From positions 95,832 through 159,831 of the forward strand of contig CAZZHK010000004.1 in assembly GCA_964653725.1 (NCBI GenBank): 64,000 bases of DNA. Reading direction: 5' to 3'. A program made the translations under genes and the position numbers. Below the pieces are notes generated by a model, which searched no databases, had not been told where the DNA came from, and saw only the letters and a list, made by a program, of their open reading frames with translations. Origin of the DNA: an uncultured Planctomycetales bacterium (lineage in GTDB: Bacteria > Planctomycetota > UBA1135 > CAZZHK01). Positions 1-12,592 of the stretch are shown here, piece after piece; positions within the stretch are counted from its first letter, which is position 1; the number at the start of each line of letters is the position of its first letter.

Positions 1-2
1 TC

Positions 3-686
<684 letters not shown>

Positions 687-698
687 AATGGCGTGTGG

Positions 699-1140
699 AT
701 GATCACGCTCCAGGCGATTCTGGCGGCCGCGGTCCTGCAGAAACCGGCCGTCCTCTAAACGCCGACCGAACATCCCGAACCGCAGAGCCAATCACGGTGG
801 AACAACGCGGTCGCGCTGGGCGATTTCGACGGTGACAGACGGGTGGACATCGCTGCCGGCGCGCCGCGCCAGGGCCATGCCGCCGCCTCCGGAAAGGAGG
901 GCGTCGCGTAGGTCTTCTGGGGGCGTGCCGGGCCGCACGGTCCAGGGACTGCCGGTCGCCGGCGAGGTCATCATGTTCAAGTTCGGCGGCGGGCCGACGG
1001 CCTCACACCCCGAATGGACCGCCGCGTCCTGGTCTCCAGCCCTGGGTGCCCCATTCGGGGCCACCCTGGCGGCCGGCGGGCTCAGGCGCCCATTCCGAGG
1101 AGGGCATGGACTTCGGCCAACGCCATCCCGGCGGACGTGA
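699..1140 (+). pseudogene. Disrupted FG-GAP (integrin-alpha repeat) secreted protein remnant
   Basis: From ATG 699: MITLQAILAAAVLQKPAVL*TPTEHPEPQSQSRWNNAVALGDFDGDRRVDIAAGAPRQG..EGVA*VFWG, with in-frame TAA 756-758 and TAG 909-911. Further FG-GAP-like pieces (AGEVIMF, FGATLAAG) continue in another frame. Confidence 0.7.
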
Positions 1141-1211
1141 GGTGGTGGTGCTGGGAGAACGGGACTACCAGGGAGGGACGGTACGGGTGGTCATCGCCGT
1201 CCGGCCCTGAT

Positions 1212-2318
1212 TCAGGTGCGTTTTACGTAGGTCTCGCCGGTTTCCACCTCGCGGATGGCCAGGTGGCAGTCGCGGCAGACCTGGGGCGGGTCGCCCTCGG
1301 CCAGGGATCTGCGCAGTTCGGTGTAGGCCGCGCCGTTCCAGATCTCGCTGAACGGCAGCTCCGCCACCGAGCCCATCTTGTCCGTGTAGGCCACATTGCA
1401 GCACGGACTGACCGTGCCGTCGTAGCCGATCCATGTCTCGCTCCAGACATAGGGGCACCGCACCCTGCCAGCGGTGACCGGACCGTCGGGCGGGGGGGCA
1501 TCGGTGGCGGCAGGCTGGTCGGAGGTCGGCGGCTCCGATGTCTCGTCCGTCAAATACGGCGGCGGCAGTCGCAATGCCACGCCGCATTCCTCGGCGACCG
1601 CTGCGGCCTCCGCCATGCGGGCGTTGCAGCCCGCCCGATCGTGAATGCACGAGGGCGACGTGTCGAAGTCCGGAACCACGATGTGGTCCACGCCCAGCGT
1701 CTCGACACCCAGGTCCGTCATCAGACGCACCCAGTCCGGCAGCTCATCGACGTTGTCCTTCTGCAGGACGGTCATTGCGGCGAGCAGCGGCCCATGGCCC
1801 GCAGCCGCCTTCGCGTCCGCGAAGGAGCGCACCGCTGCCGTTGCCTTCTCGAATTTCCCGCCCTGGCGAATCTTCTCGTAGGTGGCCGCCGTCGCCCCGT
1901 CGAACGAGATGGTCAGGACACTGCAATGGTCCAAGAGAAGCCCCGTGAGCGGCTCGCGGCCCAGCATCAGGCCGTTGGTGGTGATCTCGTAGGTGACGCC
2001 GAACTCGCCCCCGATGGCCAGTTCCTGCTCGATGTTCTCGCTGACCAGGGCGTCCCCGGAGACAGTCAGCGTCACCCGGTCGGCAGTGCCGAAGGCGTCC
2101 TGCGCGATGCCGCGGAACATCTCCAGGGGCATCGTCGGATACGACATGTTGTGCCCCTCCTCGTAGTGCTTGAAGCACATGGGACAGTCCAGGTTGCACT
2201 TGTGCGTGTTGCCGACAGTCAGATGAACCGGCCGCGCCTCGCAGACCGCGGGCTCCTGCGCCCGTTCGCGGTCCGACGTCTCGCGGTTGCGGGTCTTGGC
2301 TGTCTCGTGATCGGCCAT
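1212..2318 (-). CDS. Radical SAM protein with C-terminal SPASM/twitch domain
   Basis: CNLDCPMC (CxxxCxxC), ITTNG, ISFDG..TYEKIR, C-terminal CPYVW..GTVSPCC..SEIWN..CRDC. Start placed at MADHE. Confidence 0.88.
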   Translation of the reverse strand: MADHETAKTRNRETSDRERAQEPAVCEARPVHLTVGNTHKCNLDCPMCFKHYEEGHNMSYPTMPLEMFRGIAQDAFGTADRVTLTVSGDALVSENIEQELAIGGEFGVTYEITTNGLMLGREPLTGLLLDHCSVLTISFDGATAATYEKIRQGGKFEKATAAVRSFADAKAAAGHGPLLAAMTVLQKDNVDELPDWVRLMTDLGVETLGVDHIVVPDFDTSPSCIHDRAGCNARMAEAAAVAEECGVALRLPPPYLTDETSEPPTSDQPAATDAPPPDGPVTAGRVRCPYVWSETWIGYDGTVSPCCNVAYTDKMGSVAELPFSEIWNGAAYTELRRSLAEGDPPQVCRDCHLAIREVETGETYVKRT

Positions 2319-2382
2319 GTCAGTCTCGTGTCCCGTTCCCTTGGGCAGTCTATCCCGCCGGGACGCGGTTAGAGTGTCGCGC

Positions 2383-3525
2383 ATGAGCGCTCTGCAACCA
2401 GCCCTTCTCTGGTGGACCGTGGACAACGGCGACACGCCGCCGCTGGGCGACCAGATCCGCGGCCTGATCGACATCACCTCTCCCGCCGACATGGCGACCG
2501 CCGTGGCAGCGGTCGTGGGCGGCATTGTCGTGGGCGTCATCCTGGCCGGGCTCTTCAAGGGCCGGCTGAGGCGCATGGCAGAGAAGAGCGACACGCCGCT
2601 CGACGACATCCTGCTGCGCACGCTGACCAAGCCCCTGGTCCTGTTCACCGCCGCCGGCGGGATAGCGGTCGCCTCCGGCACCCTCTACTGGGAGCCGGCA
2701 CCTTCGATCGAGGCCTTCCTGGGCGGCGTGGTGACGATCCTGTCGATCGTCGCCGTCACATGGTTCGCCAGCTCCTTCACCGTGGACCTGATCGGCACCT
2801 ACCTGGGGCAATGGGCCGACAAGACAGAAACCGACAGCGACGACGTACTGGTGCCCGTCCTGCAGAGGGTCGCGCGGATCCTGATCATCACCATGGGGAT
2901 CATCACCCTGTTGCTCGAACTGGACGTCAACCTGGTGGGCGTCCTGTCGGGCCTCGGAGTCGGCGGCGTCGCGATGGGCTTCGCGGCCAAGGACATCTTC
3001 GCGCACTGGTTCGGCGGGGCGACGGTCATGGTGGACCGTCACGTCAAGGTTGGCGACACGGTCAACGTCTCGGGGATCCGCGGGACGATCCAGCAGATGG
3101 GGCTTCGCACCACCACGGTCGAGTCCTACGACGGCACGAAGCTGGTGGTGCCGAACGCGGAAATGTCCAACGCCATCGTCGAGAACATCTCCTCGCGCGT
3201 GGCCCGACGCTTCGTCGTGACCCTGGGCCTGGTCTACGGCACCCCGGCGGCCAGGATGGAGCGCGCCTGCGAGATCCTCATCGAGATCTGCACCGCGACC
3301 GACGGGGTGCGGGATGACTGCTTTGCCACCTTTGCGGCCTATGGACCGTCGTCGATGGACATCGAGTTCGTTTTCTGGGCCTCCGACATGGACGCCTGGC
3401 GGCAGATCCGCCACAACGTGAACATGGCGATCCTCGAACGCTTCGAGGCCGAAGGCCTCGAGTTCGCGTTCCCGACCCAGACCCTGTTCATCGAGCAGGA
3501 CGCCGCCGCCCCGACCGCCACGTGA
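2383..3525 (+). CDS. mscS: Small-conductance mechanosensitive channel (MscS family)
   Basis: TM helices, GLGVGGVAMGFAAKDIFAHWFGG, VGDTV..G.I..MGLRTT, VPN, GLEFAFPTQ. Confidence 0.9.
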   Translation: MSALQPALLWWTVDNGDTPPLGDQIRGLIDITSPADMATAVAAVVGGIVVGVILAGLFKGRLRRMAEKSDTPLDDILLRTLTKPLVLFTAAGGIAVASGTLYWEPAPSIEAFLGGVVTILSIVAVTWFASSFTVDLIGTYLGQWADKTETDSDDVLVPVLQRVARILIITMGIITLLLELDVNLVGVLSGLGVGGVAMGFAAKDIFAHWFGGATVMVDRHVKVGDTVNVSGIRGTIQQMGLRTTTVESYDGTKLVVPNAEMSNAIVENISSRVARRFVVTLGLVYGTPAARMERACEILIEICTATDGVRDDCFATFAAYGPSSMDIEFVFWASDMDAWRQIRHNVNMAILERFEAEGLEFAFPTQTLFIEQDAAAPTAT

Positions 3526-4406
3526 CGGCCTTCGGGCTCGACCTCGGCGGCACAAACCTGAAGGGCGTCGCGGTGGACACCGAGGGCAGCGTCCTGGCGA
3601 GTGACCAGCGGCCTGCCGACACACGCCGGGCGAGCGATGCGGAACTGTCGGCGGTCGTGGCGGAGTGCCTGGCCCACCTGCGAGAAACGATCGGGGAGGA
3701 CGCCCCCCTGGGCGTCTGCCTGCCCGGCTTCGAGGACCGCGAAACGGGTCTGCTGCGCGGAGCCAACAACGTCGCAGCCATGAAGGAAACCCCGCTCATC
3801 GCCTGGTTCGAGGAGGCCTGCGGGGTGCGCCCCCGCTTCCTCAACGACGCCACCGCCGCCGCCTGGGGCGAGGCCTGGACCGGGGCCGCCCAGGGGCTGG
3901 ACGACTTCCTTCTCTGCACCCTCGGCACAGGAGTCGGAGGCGGCGCCGTGGTGGGCGGCCGGCTGCTGGTCGGCGCGCAGCGACAGGGGGCGGAGTTCGG
4001 CCACCAGGTCGTGGATCCGGCCGGACCGATATGCCCCTGCGGCCGTCGCGGCTGCGTCGAGGCCTATGCCAGCGCCCGCGCCCTGCAAAGAGACACCGGC
4101 TTCGATCCCGAGACCCTCGCCGACCGTGCCCGGTCGGGCGACGCGGACGCGGCCGCGGCGTGGTCACGCGCCGGCCACGCCCTGGGGCTGGGCTTCAGCC
4201 AAGCGGCGCGCCTCCTGGATGTGGACACCCTGGTGGTCGGAGGCGGGATGGCGCCGGCGCTTGACCTGCTTGAGCCCGCCCTGCGGAGAGTCACCGACGA
4301 GCGCATTCCCTGTGCCGTGACCGTGGCTCCGGCCGCCCTGGTGCCGTGGTCAGGAGCCGTGGGCGCCGCCCGCTGGGCTGCGGAGCGGGCGCAACCGACC
4401 GACTAG
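3522..4406 (+). CDS. ROK family sugar kinase (glucokinase-like)
   Basis: GLDLGGT, NDATAAAWGE, TLGTGVGGG, EFGH, CPCGRRGCVE Zn motif. Confidence 0.9.
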   Translation: MTAFGLDLGGTNLKGVAVDTEGSVLASDQRPADTRRASDAELSAVVAECLAHLRETIGEDAPLGVCLPGFEDRETGLLRGANNVAAMKETPLIAWFEEACGVRPRFLNDATAAAWGEAWTGAAQGLDDFLLCTLGTGVGGGAVVGGRLLVGAQRQGAEFGHQVVDPAGPICPCGRRGCVEAYASARALQRDTGFDPETLADRARSGDADAAAAWSRAGHALGLGFSQAARLLDVDTLVVGGGMAPALDLLEPALRRVTDERIPCAVTVAPAALVPWSGAVGAARWAAERAQPTD

Positions 4407-5140
4407 GGAAGGCGCAGCCGCATGCCCGGCATCAGGGCATCGGCCGAATCCAGGCGATCGCGGTTGACCTCCAGGATGCTCTCCCAGAGCGCCCCGGAGC
4501 CCATTTCGCGTGATGCAATCCGCCACAGGCTGTCGCCGTCGAGAACGACGATCTCGCGCAGGCGGGCATCCGGCGCCGCGCCGCCGTCGAGGGCCGGAAG
4601 AAGCTCCCTCACCGGCAGGGTCAACAGGAGACCCGCTGCCAGATCCAGCGGATCCACGTCCTCGTTGAGCTTGGCAATCTCGTCTGCGTAGCGCTCGTCG
4701 CCCAGCTCGACCTCGGCGATGGACGCGAAGGTGTCGCGCTGCCGCACCCGGTAGGGCCTGTAGCCGGTCACCTGTCCGGTCTCATCCGGGACGGTGGCCG
4801 GCAAGACCACCTCAGGTGCGCTGGAAGCGGCGGGCAGGGGCCGTGCGTCTCCCGGCGGGTACGGACCTGCGTCCACGACGACCGCCTCCGGATCCTCTTC
4901 CGGCACAGCGGCGCTCAACGGCACCGGCCTGGCCTCGGCCCCTGCCACGGCCTCCGCCACCACCGACGCCGGAACCCCCGCGCCCGTGTCGACCGCGACA
5001 TGAACCCGCGGCTCCGCGCCGACGGGACCGGCCTCGGTCCAGAAGATGGAGACCGTGAGGATCATCATCACGACCCCCAGGACACCCAGAACCATCACTT
5101 TTTCGAGTTTGCCCACTGATTGCGCCTCAATTGATGTCAT
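4403..5140 (-). CDS. Membrane-anchored LysM peptidoglycan-binding protein (two LysM domains)
   Basis: N-terminal hydrophobic helix, then YRVRQRDTFASIA..LN..LAAGLLLTLP and VVLDGDSLWRIA..ILEVN..LMPGMRLRLP. Start may be GTG 5116. Confidence 0.85.
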   Translation of the reverse strand: MTSIEAQSVGKLEKVMVLGVLGVVMMILTVSIFWTEAGPVGAEPRVHVAVDTGAGVPASVVAEAVAGAEARPVPLSAAVPEEDPEAVVVDAGPYPPGDARPLPAASSAPEVVLPATVPDETGQVTGYRPYRVRQRDTFASIAEVELGDERYADEIAKLNEDVDPLDLAAGLLLTLPVRELLPALDGGAAPDARLREIVVLDGDSLWRIASREMGSGALWESILEVNRDRLDSADALMPGMRLRLP

Positions 5141-5258
5141 TGATCGCCGCACCGAAGCGCCCCTGCGTCACGCCAAACGCAGGGTCCTAACCGCCCATGT
5201 GCCGCGCCCCTAGTGTTTGGCCCCGACGGCGGTGAATCAACGGTTTTCTGGCCCAACG

Positions 5259-5272
5259 CACAAGATCTTGTG
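5259..5272. promoter_or_regulatory. Perfect 14-bp palindrome CACAAGATCTTGTG in a divergent promoter region (resembles an NrdR box)
   Basis: Exact inverted repeat in the AT-richer gap between the LysM and GT-C genes. Confidence 0.35.
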
Positions 5273-5342
5273 GTTTCGAACCGTTCGTGACGCAACACCT
5301 GGGATCTCCTTTGAGCGGCTCTAGGCCGTACGATGCCACGCC

Positions 5343-7757
5343 GTGGGGACCGCATCCGTCTTCAACCGCCATCGCTGGTACTCGCTGCTGACCGGGCGCT
5401 GGCTGCCGATCGCGGTCGCGCTGGCCTTCCAGCTCATCGCCCTGGCGCGGCTGGACGGCTACATGAACGGCGATGCGGTCGAGTATCTGGACCGCGCGGC
5501 CCGTTTCGTCGAGGGCCACCCGCCCGACCCTTCCACTTCGCGGACCTTCACCCTGTCCGCCTTCCTGACGCCTCTGTTCGCCGTGGCCCGGGTCCTGGGC
5601 ATCGAGGACCTGAGATGGGCACCCTGGGCCGGCCGGCTGCTCCAGATGCTGGTCGCCTGCTTCCTCGTCGATCGGTCGCGGGCGCTGACCGCGCGTCTCT
5701 TCGGGACCCGGGCGGCAATCCTGGCGGCATGGCTCCTGGCCTGTTCACCGCTGCTGCACCGCTGGGACACGTCCATCGTCAGCGGCATTCCCTCGGCCCT
5801 GGCCCTCGTCCTGGCCCTCCTTGCCTGGCTCCCGACGGAGAACAAGCCGGCCGCCTACCGGGAAGGGGGCCGGGCCAGACGGCAGGTTCAGGCCGGCGCC
5901 TGGCTGGGGCTGGCGGTCCTCATCAAGTACCAGCTGGTGGTCTCCGCTGCCGTCCTCCTCGTGTGCCTCCCCCTCCTGGAATCGCGTATGGGCAACCGGG
6001 GTCGCCGAGCGGCTGCCCGTGCCCTGGCCGGGTTCCTGCCGTGCCTCCTTCTGCAGTGCCTGGTCGACCAATGGGCCTACGGCACCTTCGGCAGCACGCT
6101 GCTCCCCTACCTGAAGGCGAATTTCGGGCCGCCGGTCATCGGTCTCATGCATCCGATCCTGCCGGCCGCCTGGACCGACGCCCTGGTCCGCGTGCTGTAT
6201 CCCCCTGTCGAGGTGGTCGGCCAGGCGGCGACGGTGAGCCTGCGCTCACTGACTGGACCGGGGTGGTATTTCACCGAAGCCGGCCGCGCGTTCACCGGGG
6301 CGGAGGTGGCCCTGTTCGTCCTGGGCGGCCTGGCTCTGCTGCCGGGCCGTCGTCCCGCCTCATGGACCCTGCTCGTCCTCCTGGCCGTCAACATCGCGGC
6401 CCTGAGCCTCAAGTCCAGCAAGGAGTTCAGGCTCTGGCTGCCGTTCCTGCCGCTGCTCTATGCGGCAGCCGGCTACGGAGCGGTGCGGCTGGGCGAGATG
6501 ATCAGCCGACGCCTGCTGCGGATCTCATGGGTCGTGCCGCTGGGCCTCCTCCTCGCCTGGTCCGCCGCCAGGACTCTGGCTGTCGATCTCCGGCCGCACG
6601 GCGACTACTCCGCCGCCATCCGGCGTGTCGCCGTCCTGAGCGAAGGCCGGAACGGTGTGGTGCTGTCCGGCTTTCCCTGGGCCATCGCCTTTCAGGCGCC
6701 CCCCGGACTGGAGGTGCTGAAGCCGGAGGGACCCATGCACATGTTCGGCCGGCTGCTGGACGCGGAGCGGGAGGAGATCCTCGCCTTCCTGGCGCCCCGC
6801 AGCCGCGTGCTGTTCGATCCTGGAGCGCTGACTGCCGAGCAGTGGGGCCCTGACGGCCCGGAGCGTGAGGCCCGCATCCACTCCCTGGTCACTGGCGCTG
6901 GCGGCACCCATGTCCGTGAGGTCTGGCACCACGGGCGGCTCGCGTGGGCCGCCTGGGGCCCTCCCGAGGCCCTGGAGTCGATGCGTGCCGGCCTCGATGA
7001 CCTGGCCCCCTTCGACAGCAGACTGGTCCAGGCTGACTGGGTGATCCTGCACCGGCAGATGCTCGCCGACTATCCGAACCTCGCCGCCCCCCTCATCGAC
7101 ACCTATGAAATCGTCGATGCGTTTCATCGGCCCGGCAGCGAGGAGAGGCTGGATGTGGTCTATCTGATGGCCCCGGACGGCGCCTTGAACAGGGCCTGGC
7201 CGATCCTCGAGGCCGGTCCGGAGGGGCCCGAGCGCAAGGTGCCGGTGTCCTTCGACGCCGGAGCAGTCGGAACGGTCGAGTTCCTGGGATGGTCCGTGGA
7301 TCGGCGCTACGAGGACCGCGGGTGGCCCGTCGTGAGCACCTGGTGGCGGCTGCCGCCGAACCTGGAGGACCACTGGCGGCCGATGGCGCGACTGGTATGG
7401 GTCCGGCCCGGGGTGACCTCGCTGGCGGCCGTCTGGAAGGCCGGCGAGGGTCTGTTGGACCGGGACGGGGATCTGGTGCGGTGGCGCCACCTGGTGGTTC
7501 CCCATGCCGCCCCGCCCCCGGCTCCGCAGCCCCTGGCCAGGACCTCACCTGACGATCCCGGCGACCTGATGCGCATGCGCCTCGAGATCGGGGTTCTCCG
7601 GACCGATGACGACGGCCATGCGGTCGCCGGCAGCATGCCCGTGAGCCACGGGGAACCGTTGCGCCGCGCCACGGACCCCGGCATGACGATTCTCCAGGTG
7701 GGCAGCTTCGATTTCCGTCCTCCTGACGCCGACAGGGCAAGGCCGCATCCGGAATAG
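5343..7757 (+). CDS. Polytopic membrane glycosyltransferase of GT-C type (ArnT/PMT/PIG-B-like) with a C-terminal soluble domain
   Basis: N-terminal TM followed by GDAVEY acidic loop, many TM segments, GLAVLIKYQ, KEFRLWLPFLP motif typical of GT-C enzymes. Confidence 0.7.
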   Translation: MGTASVFNRHRWYSLLTGRWLPIAVALAFQLIALARLDGYMNGDAVEYLDRAARFVEGHPPDPSTSRTFTLSAFLTPLFAVARVLGIEDLRWAPWAGRLLQMLVACFLVDRSRALTARLFGTRAAILAAWLLACSPLLHRWDTSIVSGIPSALALVLALLAWLPTENKPAAYREGGRARRQVQAGAWLGLAVLIKYQLVVSAAVLLVCLPLLESRMGNRGRRAAARALAGFLPCLLLQCLVDQWAYGTFGSTLLPYLKANFGPPVIGLMHPILPAAWTDALVRVLYPPVEVVGQAATVSLRSLTGPGWYFTEAGRAFTGAEVALFVLGGLALLPGRRPASWTLLVLLAVNIAALSLKSSKEFRLWLPFLPLLYAAAGYGAVRLGEMISRRLLRISWVVPLGLLLAWSAARTLAVDLRPHGDYSAAIRRVAVLSEGRNGVVLSGFPWAIAFQAPPGLEVLKPEGPMHMFGRLLDAEREEILAFLAPRSRVLFDPGALTAEQWGPDGPEREARIHSLVTGAGGTHVREVWHHGRLAWAAWGPPEALESMRAGLDDLAPFDSRLVQADWVILHRQMLADYPNLAAPLIDTYEIVDAFHRPGSEERLDVVYLMAPDGALNRAWPILEAGPEGPERKVPVSFDAGAVGTVEFLGWSVDRRYEDRGWPVVSTWWRLPPNLEDHWRPMARLVWVRPGVTSLAAVWKAGEGLLDRDGDLVRWRHLVVPHAAPPPAPQPLARTSPDDPGDLMRMRLEIGVLRTDDDGHAVAGSMPVSHGEPLRRATDPGMTILQVGSFDFRPPDADRARPHPE

Positions 7758-7777
7758 CTCCTGTCCTGGGGCAGCGC

Positions 7778-8383
7778 TCAGTGCGGGTGGAAGATCCACA
7801 GGCGTCGCAGCAGGGCGTGGCGGCGGGCCATTCGGCGTTCCGCCTCGCTGGTCCGCTCCGGCCACCACTGGACCTTCACCTTGAGGACGCCGGACCGGTC
7901 CACCCAGCTGAAGAGCCTGGTCCATGGGCCGGTGAGGACCGCTGCCCCGACGTCCACCACGCCGGGCAGCCCGTTGCGCCGGACCAGCACGTTGCGGCGA
8001 CCGCGCAGGTCCAGGTGCACCACCCCGCGCGCGTGGATCGATGCCACAAGCGAAGCCAGCTGCTCGGGGTAGTCGGCAACCGCCCGGGCGCGGTTTGCGG
8101 CCGACAGCGGTTCGCCGTCCACCACGGTCATCGCGAAGGCGTCGGGGCCTCGCCACTCGATCAGCCGCGGCAGGCCCTCGATGCCGTCCAGGCGCCGCAG
8201 CGCCCGGACCTCGCGGGCCAGGAGCCGACGGCCCAGCAGCCGCCGGGTCCAGACCGGAGTGTGGACGATGGACTTGACCACCTCTGGACGCCCGAAGCGG
8301 TCGCGGGCCAGCACCACCAGCGGCTTGCTGCTGCGCACCTTGCCGAGCGGCAAGGCACCGGCAGGGATCTCGACCTCGGACAT
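7778..8383 (-). CDS. Protein-kinase-like phosphotransferase (LPS/Kdo kinase or RIO-like)
   Basis: VVK, REVRAL, HARGVVHLDLRGRRNVLV catalytic loop, VDVG (DFG-like). Confidence 0.75.
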   Translation of the reverse strand: MSEVEIPAGALPLGKVRSSKPLVVLARDRFGRPEVVKSIVHTPVWTRRLLGRRLLAREVRALRRLDGIEGLPRLIEWRGPDAFAMTVVDGEPLSAANRARAVADYPEQLASLVASIHARGVVHLDLRGRRNVLVRRNGLPGVVDVGAAVLTGPWTRLFSWVDRSGVLKVKVQWWPERTSEAERRMARRHALLRRLWIFHPH

Positions 8384-8389
8384 TGAGGT

Positions 8390-8962
8390 CTAGAAGGGCA
8401 GGTCGCCGCGCCGCGCGATGGCCGCGAACACGGCAATGATCAGCAGATCCATCGGCGGCTCGTGGTTGGACCACACCAGGGACCAGCGGAACCGGCGGTC
8501 GTCGCCGGAATGCCAGGCCCGCACGCGCGGCAGGAAATCGTTGACTGCGCCGTCGTAGCGGTCGAAGGCCTCGCCGAAGCGCTCCCGGAGGCGGTTCTTC
8601 TCCACCCGATACTTTCGTGGCAGGTAGTAGACGTAGAAGCCCAGGACGTAGATGGGGAGCAGCCCGAAGAGAATCCACCGGCCGGTGCCCTCGGTGGAGG
8701 AGGCGGCCAGCAGGAATCCCGTCATGCAGCAAAGGGTCCCCAGATAGAGCGGGTTCTTCACATGTGCGTACGGACCGGTGGTGACCACCAGCAGATTCTT
8801 CTCCAGGTGGCCGCAGCCCCAGATCCGGACCGCGATCCCCACCACGACCATGCCCAGTCCCACCGTCACCAGGGTCTGCTGGGGATCGGCCCACCACACG
8901 ATCAGGAGGACAGCTCCGTACGAGGCGAACTTGCGGGCGAATTTCAGCAGCGCGGCGGCCAT
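8390..8962 (-). CDS. Isoprenylcysteine carboxyl methyltransferase / phospholipid methyltransferase family membrane protein
   Basis: LVVTTGPYAHVKNPLYLG, E..L.ERFGEAFDRY...V..FLP. Confidence 0.85.
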   Translation of the reverse strand: MAAALLKFARKFASYGAVLLIVWWADPQQTLVTVGLGMVVVGIAVRIWGCGHLEKNLLVVTTGPYAHVKNPLYLGTLCCMTGFLLAASSTEGTGRWILFGLLPIYVLGFYVYYLPRKYRVEKNRLRERFGEAFDRYDGAVNDFLPRVRAWHSGDDRRFRWSLVWSNHEPPMDLLIIAVFAAIARRGDLPF

Positions 8963-9008
8963 GGGCGGGAGGGTAGCCGCCCGGGCGGGCCTCCGGGTAG
9001 GATCGTCC

Positions 9009-9529
9009 GTGCGCCGCTCTTGGACGACCCCTCCGGGCCTCTCCGGCCTTGTCCTCGCCGCCCTCGGTCCCGCCTGCGTCATCGGTGGATTCCAGGCCCC
9101 CCCTGACATGCTGGCAGAGGCGACTCCTGCCTTGCTGCGCTACGAGGATCCGGACCACGGGACGGCTCTCGAGATGCGCAACGAGGCCCACACACCGCGT
9201 CTGGATTTCTACAGCCAGCCCCGGGACGGAGGGAGCGTGAAGATCGCTGAGGATGACCGCATGTGGGCCACCATCCAGGCCCTCGCCGCCTGCGGTTTCT
9301 TCGACCAGGAGAGGACCTCACACCCCGCCCTGCGACCGGGCAGCGAGTCCATCACCTTGCAAGCCGCAGGCCGCACATGGGTGAGGCGCGCCTGGGACAC
9401 CAATCCCAGTCCGTTCCCTGTCTTTCTCGAAGTTCTGAGGGCCGCCTACGACTCGACCCCACAGAACCAGGCCATGTCCTCCACCGCCACCCAGGATCTC
9501 TTGCGGCGTGCCGCCCAGGGAGGCCTCCG

Positions 9530-9533
<4 letters not shown>
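9009..9533 (+). CDS. Hypothetical protein, possible lipoprotein
   Basis: Coding-like ORF whose stop overlaps the kdsB start; hydrophobic LSGLVLAALGPAC lipobox-like segment; TAGGAT 5 nt upstream of GTG 9009. Confidence 0.55.
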
Positions 9534-12215
<2,682 letters not shown>

Positions 12216-12320
12216 GCCCGTCTAGTCCTCCCCCCTTTCCGGGTGAGTTCCCCCCGTGTCGTCGCGGGTGCCATCCCAAGTCAAGGAGGCAAAACGTGCG
12301 CATTGCCGCCCTCGCCGCCT

Positions 12321-12505
12321 AGAGAAGAAAAGAGGGGCGCCCCTCCCCGGTTACCCCGAACCCCCCGGTTCCTTCCTTGGGACACCCTGATTGGAGGTGT
12401 ACGCGCCCGAATGCGGCCGGGGTCTGGCGAGTCCAGCCAAAGGCGCGTACAGCCCTCCGCGTACTTTTGTATCGCGAAGGGACCCCTGAACGTTACAGGA
12501 AAATT
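12321..12505 (-). ncRNA. Structured non-coding RNA candidate, possibly 6S RNA (ssrS)
   Basis: Lies in a 377-bp gap between convergent genes. The minus strand folds by eye into a closing stem (GGUCCCUUC/GAAGGAACC), a ~17-nt central bubble with an A-rich side, and a long terminal stem (GGAGG..UGUACGCGCC/GGCGCGUACACCUCC), followed by GAGGGGCGCCCCUC plus a U-rich tail. Confidence 0.4.
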
Positions 12506-12563
12506 GACTGTTTCCCAAGCTTCCTGAGGGCGCCTGCCAGGCGCCCGGCCGAATGAGGGCCAC

Positions 12564-12592
12564 ACGGGACAGCCAATACAGGCTGGTCCCGT
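12564..12592 (-). terminator. Stem-loop immediately after the acyl-CoA dehydrogenase stop
   Basis: ACGGGAC-AGCC-aataca-GGCT-g-GTCCCGT inverted repeat abutting the stop codon; no U-tract. Confidence 0.4.

Noticed and set aside
699-911. Stop-codon readthrough or recoding (pyrrolysine, alternative code) in the FG-GAP remnant
   Set aside because: Two different stops (TAA and TAG) plus a frameshift, and TAG is the normal terminator of many intact genes here; decay is simpler.
687-1211. RiPP precursor peptide for the radical SAM/SPASM enzyme
   Set aside because: The short ORFs here are better explained as FG-GAP pseudogene fragments on the opposite strand; no RRE, peptidase or transporter is adjacent.
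12216-12592. RNase P RNA, SRP RNA or tmRNA in the large intergenic gap
   Set aside because: No GAGGAAAGTCC/AACAGAA..GGCTTA, no CAGG..GNRA..AGCAG helix 8, and no tRNA-like GTTCGA..CCA end on either strand.
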